Shown piece by piece: positions 8,077-15,408 of a stretch of DNA of 20,710 nt (within the stretch, counting starts at the first letter, position 1; each line of letters starts with the position of its first letter). The stretch comes from an uncultured bacterium (GTDB taxonomy: Bacteria; UBP14; UBA6098; B30-G16). The position numbers were made by a program, and so were the translations under genes. The notes beneath the pieces were generated by a model that was not told the origin of the DNA, ran no database searches, and saw only the letters and a list, made by a program, of their open reading frames with translations. The stretch covers positions 1 through 20,710 of the forward strand of contig CBEVQY010000038.1 of NCBI GenBank assembly GCA_965552135.1, in the 5' to 3' direction.

Positions 8077-8400
8077 ATGATAGACGCGCTTGTAGGTGCC
8101 CGGGTGATAATAACGGTTCAGCAGCCCGCACTTCAGGACCTGCAGCTCCGACCGAAGGTCGATATGCTCGAGGAGGGGACGATATCGATAGTTGCGCGCG
8201 TCGTTGAGACGGACGAGCTCGGCATATGGATCGAACACCCCGACTACCCGTTCCCCAACCCGAAAACCAAACGCACCGAAAAACAAAAAGCATACATCCT
8301 CATACGCTACGAGTACATAACGTCCATCGCCTATTTCCCCGAGCTTCCTGTGAGTAAGGATGAGGTTCATCGCATCGGCTTTGTGGACACGACCGAGTGA
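8077..8400 (+). CDS. Hypothetical 107-aa protein with probable Sm/LSm/Hfq-like fold
   Basis: AAAGGAGG SD. LVGARVIITV resembles beta1, ARVVETDELGIWIE resembles Sm1, and ILIRYEYITSIAY resembles Sm2. C-terminal RIGF. Confidence 0.6.
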   Translation: MIDALVGARVIITVQQPALQDLQLRPKVDMLEEGTISIVARVVETDELGIWIEHPDYPFPNPKTKRTEKQKAYILIRYEYITSIAYFPELPVSKDEVHRIGFVDTTE

Positions 8401-8402
8401 AT

Positions 8403-8417
8403 GTAACACTATGTTAC
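8403..8417. promoter_or_regulatory. Perfect palindrome, putative operator
   Basis: GTAACA-CTA-TGTTAC, directly downstream of the predicted +1 of the leftward promoter. Confidence 0.6.
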
Positions 8418-8425
8418 CCAAATTC

Positions 8426-8454
8426 ATTGTACCCCTGCAGCTGGCCGGTGTCAA
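8426..8454 (-). promoter_or_regulatory. Near-consensus leftward sigma70 promoter
   Basis: Minus strand TTGACA (8454-8449)-N17-TACAAT (8431-8426), an 11/12 match to consensus with ideal spacing. Confidence 0.75.
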
Positions 8455-8469
8455 GAGAAAAATTTCACT

Positions 8470-8488
8470 TTTTGTAACATCTACAAAA
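8470..8488. promoter_or_regulatory. Inverted repeat over the XRE -10 element and start codon
   Basis: TTTTGTA-ACATC-TACAAAA. It contains a second TGTAACA and the candidate -10 TAACAT (8475-8480). Confidence 0.5.
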
Positions 8489-8901
8489 TGAAAATTTGTA
8501 AACAATTCGGCGAAAACCTCAGGTTCCTCAGGGAGGCATCCGGCATTGCCGCACGGGGAAAGGCTTTCTCGCAGCAGGAGATAGCCGACTTTATCGGTGT
8601 GTCGAGGAAGACGGTGGTTTTTTGGGAGAGCGGGCACGTTCCGTCGCCCAAAAGGCTTGGGCTTTTGTGCGAGTTCTTCAGTCGGCGGCTTGGGCTTGAA
8701 GAGCCGCTTACGCCCGAGGATATGCTCGAAAAGAGGCTTTCGGACCACTTTCTGCTCTTCCCTGAGCGCGGGGAGGTTATGCGTGTTACGCCGGAGCAGA
8801 AAAAGCTTTTGGAGAACATCTTCGCGCGGTCGGCGCACCTGCCGCTCGAGGACCTCGAAAAGGTGGTCGAGCTTGTCGAAAGGCTTTCGGGGGAGATTTA
8901 G
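8488..8901 (+). CDS. XRE-family (Cro/CI-type) HTH transcriptional regulator
   Basis: FGENLRFLRE...SQQEIADFIGVSRKTVVFWESG..P matches the HTH_3 pattern. It has a short helical C-terminal domain and no S24 peptidase domain. Confidence 0.88.
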   Translation: MKICKQFGENLRFLREASGIAARGKAFSQQEIADFIGVSRKTVVFWESGHVPSPKRLGLLCEFFSRRLGLEEPLTPEDMLEKRLSDHFLLFPERGEVMRVTPEQKKLLENIFARSAHLPLEDLEKVVELVERLSGEI

Positions 8902-8908
8902 GAGCCTT

Positions 8909-10078
8909 TTGGGATCCAGCGCTTTTTGGGTCTTGGCTTTGACTCTGGCGGCTCCGTCGGAAGCGGGCGCAACGAGGTTCCTCCACAACACGGGCGTTAT
9001 TGCCCTCAGGGTCGACGACACCTACCCCGCGGGCTTCGTCGAGCTGCGCGACTTCCCATACGACTCCGCAGACGTCCTGTGGAGGGCGTTTATCGTCGTC
9101 CTGTTCGAGGGCTATGTCCCCTGGTTCGGCAGAGCCGCCGACTCGGGTCCGCTGGCAAGCTCAAACTTCCCCGATATCTCCGAAATCGACCTCATCGAGG
9201 ACACAACCGTGGCGGACTCAACCGACACCATCCTTTGTGCAACCTCGAACTACGGCTTCGGCGACGAGATATGGGGATTCTGGATACACCAGACTGTGAC
9301 GAGCTGCAACGACTCGGCGCCGTATATCCTCGTCCGCTGGGTCGTCTCGAACGAGGGTTCCGAAGCTTTCCCCGAGGGCAGGTTCGCCTTCCACTTCGAC
9401 GCCGACGTCCCCGATGCCGACTACACCGACGACTGCCCACACGCCGTCCCCGGCAGGATCGCCGCCTGCCAGCTCGCCTCCCCGTCCGACTCGAACTGCG
9501 TCGGGTTGATCCTCCTGTGCGGCGGAACGAACCCCACCCTCGAGAACACGCTGTGCTGGGAGGCGCACGCCACCGACACCGACGCGGTGGCGAGGCTCGC
9601 TGGGGGCGAGTTCTGGCGCGGAACGGAGTACTGCTACACCGACAGCGCGGGCGACACAATATGCCCCACCTGGGTCGACAGCATCCAGGGCGACGTCGGG
9701 ATAGGGTTTATCACGACCCTCCCTGCGCTTTCGCCGGGCGAGTCCGAGACGGTAGAAGTGGCGCTTGCCGTGGCGCCCAACCCCGACAGCTTCGAAGCTA
9801 TCGCGGCAAACATCGACACGATGCGCGTCGCGGAGGGCATCCTGCCGCACAGACGCCGAGTCACCGCGTACCCTAACCCCTTTAACACAGCCTGCACCAT
9901 CGAGGCCTGGGGCGCCGAAAGGCTCCTCATCCGTGACATAAGGGGGCGCCTCGTCGACGTTGTGGAGGTCAGAGGCGGCAAAGCCCTCTGGAGACCACGC
10001 AAGCTGCCCACAGGCGTCTATCTAATCTCCCCCGAGGGGAAGGGATTTGGCGCGACGAAGGTGTTTTTAGTCAGGTGA
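8909..10078 (+). CDS. Secreted acidic protein with T9SS type-A-like C-terminal sorting domain
   Basis: AGGAG followed by a TTG start, a signal peptide, an Asp/Cys-rich beta body, and the C-terminus AYPNPFN...IRDIRGRLV...LPTGVYLI...KVFLVR. Confidence 0.75.
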   Translation: MGSSAFWVLALTLAAPSEAGATRFLHNTGVIALRVDDTYPAGFVELRDFPYDSADVLWRAFIVVLFEGYVPWFGRAADSGPLASSNFPDISEIDLIEDTTVADSTDTILCATSNYGFGDEIWGFWIHQTVTSCNDSAPYILVRWVVSNEGSEAFPEGRFAFHFDADVPDADYTDDCPHAVPGRIAACQLASPSDSNCVGLILLCGGTNPTLENTLCWEAHATDTDAVARLAGGEFWRGTEYCYTDSAGDTICPTWVDSIQGDVGIGFITTLPALSPGESETVEVALAVAPNPDSFEAIAANIDTMRVAEGILPHRRRVTAYPNPFNTACTIEAWGAERLLIRDIRGRLVDVVEVRGGKALWRPRKLPTGVYLISPEGKGFGATKVFLVR

Positions 10079-10585
10079 GGTTTTACCTTTCCTGACCGCA
10101 GCCACGACGATGGGCACGATGATGAGTTGCGCCGCAATTCCCGGTGCGCCCACTACGATTGCGCCGAAAGCCGCAACCCAGCAGCTCTTCGCGGCGAAAG
10201 GCGCGCCCATAAGCGCAACAAGCCAAAACCCCAAAGCCAAAAAGACCTTGGAGATCACAACAGCGGCGGCAAGCGCCACCGCACAGGGAAGCCTGCGCGA
10301 GAAAAGTCCTGCGAAAAAGCCCATCGCGCCAAGCTCAAGCATCATCGCCAAGAATAGCGGGAACGGCGGCATCCCCGAGACGACGAAGTTGAAAGGCGGC
10401 GCGACAAGCCCCAAAAGCATCCCCCAGAGGGGTGAGAGCAAAAACCCCGCAAGCTGGACGGGGATGTGCATCGGCAAAAGCACCCTTCCACCCCCCGGAA
10501 TTGCGGCGTGAACCGCGTATGGCAGCGCCACCGAAAGAGCCAAAAGCACCGAAAAGCGCGAAATGTCCCGATAAGCCGAGCTCAT
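10067..10585 (-). CDS. ECF transporter substrate-binding S component
   Basis: About 6 hydrophobic helices, LLPMHIPV.LAG.L..P..G...G...P, SGMPP, M..EL and PGI..QL...P. ATGA overlap with the upstream gene. Confidence 0.85.
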   Translation of the reverse strand: MSSAYRDISRFSVLLALSVALPYAVHAAIPGGGRVLLPMHIPVQLAGFLLSPLWGMLLGLVAPPFNFVVSGMPPFPLFLAMMLELGAMGFFAGLFSRRLPCAVALAAAVVISKVFLALGFWLVALMGAPFAAKSCWVAAFGAIVVGAPGIAAQLIIVPIVVAAVRKGKTSPD

Positions 10586-11193
10586 TCCTTCCCCAAAAGC
10601 CTTGCGATGAGCAGATAGAGCCTCCCCGGCTCCTCCTGCACAACCACGGGTTCAAACCCGAATTTGCCGAGCCGTTCCGCAAGTGCGCTGGGAGGCGGAA
10701 GGGTGTCCTCAGACACAGGTTCGCCCGCTGATCGGTGGATTTCGTTCACCTCGACGTGGCAGCTGTCGTGGAGGATGAGCATTTCGGCGCCAGGGCGGCA
10801 AACCCTGCGAGCCTCGCCGAGGAACTCCTCGAGCGAGAGATGTGGCAGCGAGCAGAAGAGTATAATCCTCTCGCAGCATCCGTCGGCTATGGGGAGCACC
10901 TCCCCCGCCGCGCAGACGAACGCCGCCCCGGGCAGCCTGCTCCGCGCAGCGCAAAGCATCTCCTCCGAGATATCAAGAAGGATGAGGTTTTGCTGCGGGT
11001 AGCCCATCCGGACCAGGACTTCCGCGGCTATCCCCGTTCCGCAGCCGACGTCGAGAACGACGGGGCTGGTGTTGTCCATCCATCGGCGCACGGTGTTTGC
11101 CACAACGCTGCGGCGGCGCTCGTCCAAACACGCCGAAAGCCAAAAATCCACCGAAGCGCCGAAGAAATCCCTGAGCTTCCGGAAACGGCTCAT
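10582..11193 (-). CDS. Class I SAM-dependent methyltransferase
   Basis: VLDVGCGTG, LDISEEML, LPHL, RRVCRPG and H...VNEIH....V..D.LP. The start overlaps the receptor stop (ATGA). Confidence 0.88.
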   Translation of the reverse strand: MSRFRKLRDFFGASVDFWLSACLDERRRSVVANTVRRWMDNTSPVVLDVGCGTGIAAEVLVRMGYPQQNLILLDISEEMLCAARSRLPGAAFVCAAGEVLPIADGCCERIILFCSLPHLSLEEFLGEARRVCRPGAEMLILHDSCHVEVNEIHRSAGEPVSEDTLPPPSALAERLGKFGFEPVVVQEEPGRLYLLIARLLGKE

Positions 11194-12980
11194 CTCACAC
11201 CAACCGAGAGGGCGAGCCTGGCGGTTCTGGGGGGCATCGGGTAACCCCACTGCGTATAATACCGCACGTTGGCGACGTTTTCCACCGAAGCTGCAACCGA
11301 AAGCCATCTTGCCGGACTGCACCGCGCCCGCAGGTCGAAGACGAGGAAGTCGGGCATCCTCTTTTGGGAGTTGTCGTCGCCGTAGATCTCCGCCGCCCCT
11401 TCGAAGGCAACGGCAAACTCAACGGGAACGCCGGGGTTCGCCCTCACGCCAAAATCGCCCAAAACGTGGTGCCCGGGACTGATGGACGTCCTCTCGCCAA
11501 GCTCCTGAAACGCGTATCCGAACCGAAGATGAAACGCGTCCATCTGCGCCCTGACCTCGACCGATGCACCCGTGCGTGAAAACTCCCCGCTGTTTCGGTA
11601 TGGATGCCCTGGGAAGCCGTCGACGATGAGGTTTTGGGCGTATGTGTGCCATATCTCTGTCCGTCCTTCAACGGCTGCGCCGCCAGCCTCTGCGCTGGCA
11701 CGCGTTCCGAGCTGGATCGTCCAGCACTCCTCGGGCGCAAGGTCCGACGACGACCAGGGGAAGACGGCAATTTCGCGCAGCGACGGGAACCTGAAGCCAT
11801 TGGCAACCCTCAAAAACGGCACAAAGGCGCCGAGCCTGTACGATACCCCAAGCTCGGGCGCTATGTGGACGTCGTAGCCCCTGCGGTACATCGCGGCGGC
11901 GCCAAGTTTCGCCGAAAAACCTCCCCTCGAAAACCTCCACCACGCCGATGCGGTGTAGTCCGTCGCCCAGTGTCTGCCGAAATCCATCCCGCGCTCGATG
12001 TTCTCAGCCTCTCCGCCCATCTGGACGACCGAAAGCTTTGCGCAAAGCTCGCCGAAGACCTCAAGTTCCACCGATGCCCTTGCGCCCCAGGTGAGGTCGT
12101 TGCTGCGGAAGCCGTCGTAAATCTTGTGTTCGCCTGCGTGCACGAATGCGGCTGCCTGTGCGGTTGCGGCGCCCATCCCGTGCCGAAAGCCCAGGTGTGT
12201 GTGCCAGCGCGTAAGGCGATACCAGGCGTCCTCCTTCGGCTGAATCGTCGTGCCGGGGTCGTAGAGCTCGACGTCGTCGTAGCTTGCGGAAACCAAAAGG
12301 TCGTTGCTCCCTGATCTGTACCCTATGTGTCCGCCAAGCCTTTTTGCTTTGTAGCTATCGTTGGCGTCGCTTCTGTAGCCGCCCGTGGTCGAGTACGACG
12401 CGTGCGCGTCGAAGTCGATGCCGGAAAGCCTTCCCAAAATCGACGTTCGCAGCGATGCGGTTTCGTAATCTCCCGCGACTGCCCCTGCTGTGGCATCGAT
12501 GCCTTTTTGTGTGGGTCGGGGCGTTTTCAGGACGACGACGCCGCCCATAGCGCCAGCACCAAAATCCACGGGCGACGCACCCTCCAAAAGCTCAACAACC
12601 GCCGCATTGCCCAGACTCAGTGCATCCTGAACGGGGTGCCCCATAAGCCCCATAACAAGCGGGTCGCCGTCTGCGGCGAAGGTTATCTGCGTCGTTGGCG
12701 TTCCCCCAAGCCCCAGGAGCGTGACCTTGCCCGCGGCGCCTGAGGCAACGCCATACCCTAAGATAGCCCTTCGGGTGACGAAGAGCGCAGGCGATATTCC
12801 TCCGATTGCGCCGAGGGCGCTCGCGTCGACGCGCACCGAAAGGTCGACGCTGTCTGACCTCACCCACGGCTCGCGCTCGGCTACAACCTCCACCTCCTCG
12901 CCAATGTACGTCCTCGTCGAGTCATCCTGGCTCCAGAGCAACACAGAAAAAAGCGCTAACGCAAAAAAGACTTTTTCCAT
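11190..12980 (-). CDS. TonB-dependent outer-membrane receptor
   Basis: Signal peptide, TonB-box-like EEVEVVAER, plug ending AMGGVVVLKT, and a barrel ending VENVANVRY...GYPMPPRTARLALSV. Confidence 0.88.
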   Translation of the reverse strand: MEKVFFALALFSVLLWSQDDSTRTYIGEEVEVVAEREPWVRSDSVDLSVRVDASALGAIGGISPALFVTRRAILGYGVASGAAGKVTLLGLGGTPTTQITFAADGDPLVMGLMGHPVQDALSLGNAAVVELLEGASPVDFGAGAMGGVVVLKTPRPTQKGIDATAGAVAGDYETASLRTSILGRLSGIDFDAHASYSTTGGYRSDANDSYKAKRLGGHIGYRSGSNDLLVSASYDDVELYDPGTTIQPKEDAWYRLTRWHTHLGFRHGMGAATAQAAAFVHAGEHKIYDGFRSNDLTWGARASVELEVFGELCAKLSVVQMGGEAENIERGMDFGRHWATDYTASAWWRFSRGGFSAKLGAAAMYRRGYDVHIAPELGVSYRLGAFVPFLRVANGFRFPSLREIAVFPWSSSDLAPEECWTIQLGTRASAEAGGAAVEGRTEIWHTYAQNLIVDGFPGHPYRNSGEFSRTGASVEVRAQMDAFHLRFGYAFQELGERTSISPGHHVLGDFGVRANPGVPVEFAVAFEGAAEIYGDDNSQKRMPDFLVFDLRARCSPARWLSVAASVENVANVRYYTQWGYPMPPRTARLALSVGVR

Positions 12981-13004
12981 TTTTTGTCCCCCTGCCTTTG
13001 GCTT

Positions 13005-13412
13005 TTAAAGCTCGCTTGCGACGACAAGTTTCCCGAAAAGCACACCCTTCCGGCTCAGGATCCCATCGCTTATCTTCTTTATGTGCTTTGCTTTCCCGCG
13101 GAGGGCTATGATTTCGAAGCATCGCGCTGCGTCGAGGTGGACGTGCAGCGTTGCGACGACCTCCTCGTGGTGATGGTGCTGATACTGTGTGAGCTTTTGT
13201 GGGAGCATAGGCTTTGTGTGATCGTAGACCATCACCAGCGCAGCCGCCACGTTCCCTTCGCCACAGGCAGCAGCCTGCTCCGCCAAAAACTGACGCATAA
13301 GGTCAGATATCGCCTCGCTCCGGCTGCTGTACCCCGCTCTCCTCAGCGCAGCGTCGAACCTGCAGAGGAGCTCCTCGTCCACCGAAACACCGAACCTGCG
13401 AAGTTCGCCCAT
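13005..13412 (-). CDS. nikR: Nickel-responsive ribbon-helix-helix regulator NikR
   Basis: RFGVSVD..LL..FD, GYSSRSEAI.DL.R, YDH, QHHHH and TLHVHLD..RCFEII.LRG (His/His/His/Cys nickel site). AAGGAGG SD. Confidence 0.93.
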   Translation of the reverse strand: MGELRRFGVSVDEELLCRFDAALRRAGYSSRSEAISDLMRQFLAEQAAACGEGNVAAALVMVYDHTKPMLPQKLTQYQHHHHEEVVATLHVHLDAARCFEIIALRGKAKHIKKISDGILSRKGVLFGKLVVASEL

Positions 13413-13426
13413 ACGCGCCTCCTTGC

Positions 13427-13454
13427 GTAACACGTTTCAAGAAAAAGATGCTAC
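13427..13454. promoter_or_regulatory. Putative NikR operator
   Basis: GTAACA-N16-TGCTAC inverted repeat (5/6 symmetric) with an AT-rich spacer. It has the same 6-16-6 geometry as the E. coli NikR site GTATGA-N16-TCATAC and lies between a minus-strand TTGACA (13466-13461) and the nikR SD. Confidence 0.75.
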
Positions 13455-13529
13455 CAAAGCTGTCAAGCAATTTTCTCTTGTATTTCGCGGCTCGGGCGCT
13501 TAATTGAGGATAAGCTTTTGGAGGGGTTT

Positions 13530-14108
13530 ATGGGGGATTCTGCGGAGAGTTCCGCCGTCGTTCGGGTCGATAGTTTGTCAAACAGCGTCTTTACCGTTCC
13601 GAACTTGCTTACCGCGTTGCGGCTTGCGCTTTTGCCCTTTTTGGTCAGGGCGCTTGCCGTTCGCCACACTGCAGGATATGAGTCCGCCGTTCTGATCGGC
13701 GCAGCCATGATCGCCTCCGACATCCTCGACGGGGCTATCGCCCGCCGCTTCGGGCAGGCATCCAAGCTCGGGTGGATAATGGACCCGATATCCGACAAGA
13801 TCATAGTAAACACCCTTGTGATCTTCTTCGTCGTAAGCGGCGAGTTGCCCTATTGGGTTGCGGTTTTGCTTGTTGCCCGCGACGGAGCTCTCGGCGTTTT
13901 CGCGCTGGCGCTTATCAAAAAGCATCTAACGCTGAAACCAAATATCTGGGGCAGGCTTTCGACCCTCGGCTGGGGGCTGGCGCTTATCGCGCTTACGCTC
14001 AAACAAAGACACATCGCGTGGTGTTTGATGCTTATGGCGCTTGCACTGAGCCTCTTTTCGGCGGGAACGTATTACGGCGAGTACCGCAAGGTCTTAGAGG
14101 AGCGATGA
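13530..14108 (+). CDS. CDP-alcohol phosphatidyltransferase (PgsA-like)
   Basis: TVPNLLT.LR and SDILDGAIARR...S.LG..MDPISDK signature. GGAGG SD. Confidence 0.9.
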   Translation: MGDSAESSAVVRVDSLSNSVFTVPNLLTALRLALLPFLVRALAVRHTAGYESAVLIGAAMIASDILDGAIARRFGQASKLGWIMDPISDKIIVNTLVIFFVVSGELPYWVAVLLVARDGALGVFALALIKKHLTLKPNIWGRLSTLGWGLALIALTLKQRHIAWCLMLMALALSLFSAGTYYGEYRKVLEER

Positions 14109-14755
14109 GGCAGTTTGCGGTTATAGGCTTGGGCAGGTTTGGGTATAGGGTTGCCTCGACCCTTGCGGCGCACAAGCTCCCCGTGATCGCTGTGGACCGT
14201 GATCCGCGGCGTGTTGAGCTTGCCGCAGGGGTTGTGGACTTTGCCGTCTGCGCCGATGCAACCGACCAGCGCGCCCTGGCATCCGCAGGCGTCGCCGCCG
14301 TCGACGCAGCCGTCGTATCCCTCGGCGAACAGCTCGAACCATCCGTCCTGGCTACGCTCATCCTGAAGGAGATGGGGGTGAAGGAGATCGTGGTCAAGGG
14401 AACAAGCCCAGAGCACGGGAAGATCCTAAGGCTTGTGGGTGCAACTGAGGTGGTGTTCCCCGAGGAGGATATGGCTGTAAGGGTTGCGCAAAGGATCATC
14501 TCGCCCAACATCGTCGACCACATCCCGCTTTTGCCCGGGTACAGCATAGTGGAGCTCGTCGTTCCCGAGAAGTTTCAGGGCAAAACGCTTTTGGACCTGA
14601 ACCTGCGCCGGGATTATGGCGTCGAGGTCCTCGTAATAAAGAGGGGGGATCAGGTCAAGGTCATACCATCGGCGCTCGATACAATAGAGTACGGCGACAC
14701 CCTCGTCATCCTCGGGAGGGACGAGGACATAGCGAGGCTTCGCAGCGAGGCGTAG
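14105..14755 (+). CDS. TrkA/KtrA-family potassium uptake regulatory subunit (RCK_N + RCK_C)
   Basis: FAVIGLGRFG, DATD, H.KIL..VGA..VVFPE.DMA.RVA and GKTL.DL.LR..YGV. ATGA overlap. Confidence 0.92.
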   Translation: MRQFAVIGLGRFGYRVASTLAAHKLPVIAVDRDPRRVELAAGVVDFAVCADATDQRALASAGVAAVDAAVVSLGEQLEPSVLATLILKEMGVKEIVVKGTSPEHGKILRLVGATEVVFPEEDMAVRVAQRIISPNIVDHIPLLPGYSIVELVVPEKFQGKTLLDLNLRRDYGVEVLVIKRGDQVKVIPSALDTIEYGDTLVILGRDEDIARLRSEA

Positions 14756-15376
14756 ATGGAGCGCTCGGGGGAGCATATGGAACCTTTGGACGACCCAAGG
14801 TACAGGGCTGCGCTTGAGAGGTACAGGGAGCTTTTGGGGCTTGTCAGGGAGCGCAGGGACGCGGTGGAGCGGTTCGCAAGGTGGCTGGAGGACGAGACGT
14901 CGTGGCTTTCGGCGCCGGCAAGCACAAAGTACCACCTCAACGTCCCCGGTGGGCTTCTCATCCACTCCGTGGGCGTGACCGAAACGCTTCTTAGGATCAA
15001 AAGCTGCATAAGTCCAGCCTACTCCGACGAAAGCTGCGTAATAGTGGGTTTGTTTCACGACGTTGGCAAAGTTGGCGCGCCGGGGATGCCGTACTACATC
15101 CCAAACCCCGACGAGGCGATGCGCCAAACCGAACCCTACATCGTCAACCCCGATGTGGTCACCATGGGAATGGGTGTCCGAAGCCTGTACATCGTAAGCC
15201 GGTTCGTTCCGCTCAGCGACGAGGAGGCGCAGGCGATATGCTACCACGACGGGCAATACATCCCCGAAAACCGCGTCGTCGCCCTCAAAGAGCGACCTCT
15301 GCTTTTGCTCCTGCACTTCGCTGACCTTTGGACAAGCATGGTGATCGAAGGGATTGACCGAAACCAAAGCCCTTGA
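14756..15376 (+). CDS. HD-domain phosphohydrolase (YhaM-like HD domain without OB fold)
   Basis: APASTKYH....GGLLIHS..V, FHDVGK, E.QAI.YHDG and LLHFAD. Confidence 0.85.
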   Translation: MERSGEHMEPLDDPRYRAALERYRELLGLVRERRDAVERFARWLEDETSWLSAPASTKYHLNVPGGLLIHSVGVTETLLRIKSCISPAYSDESCVIVGLFHDVGKVGAPGMPYYIPNPDEAMRQTEPYIVNPDVVTMGMGVRSLYIVSRFVPLSDEEAQAICYHDGQYIPENRVVALKERPLLLLLHFADLWTSMVIEGIDRNQSP

Positions 15377-15408
15377 CACTCCCTTCGTTTGCGGCAATCT
15401 TTGGGGGC

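Noticed and set aside
8403..8479. GTAACA sites as additional NikR operators
   Set aside because: The half-site spacing is 3 nt, and no matching half-site lies 16 nt away.
7540..8901. Intact prophage or integrative element
   Set aside because: No integrase, transposase, terminal repeats or structural genes, and no duplication of the tRNA 3' end was seen.
7984..9021. 345-aa minus-strand ORF spanning the XRE and Sm-like genes
   Set aside because: Antisense shadow of two credible plus-strand genes, with no recognisable motifs. Its internal ATG near 8427 overlaps the -10 element, so it would not be in the leftward transcript.
12981..13520. Cobalamin or NiCo riboswitch ahead of the TonB receptor operon
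   Set aside because: The intergenic spaces are short (24 nt and ~100 nt), are occupied by promoter and operator, and show no B12-box or multi-stem structure.
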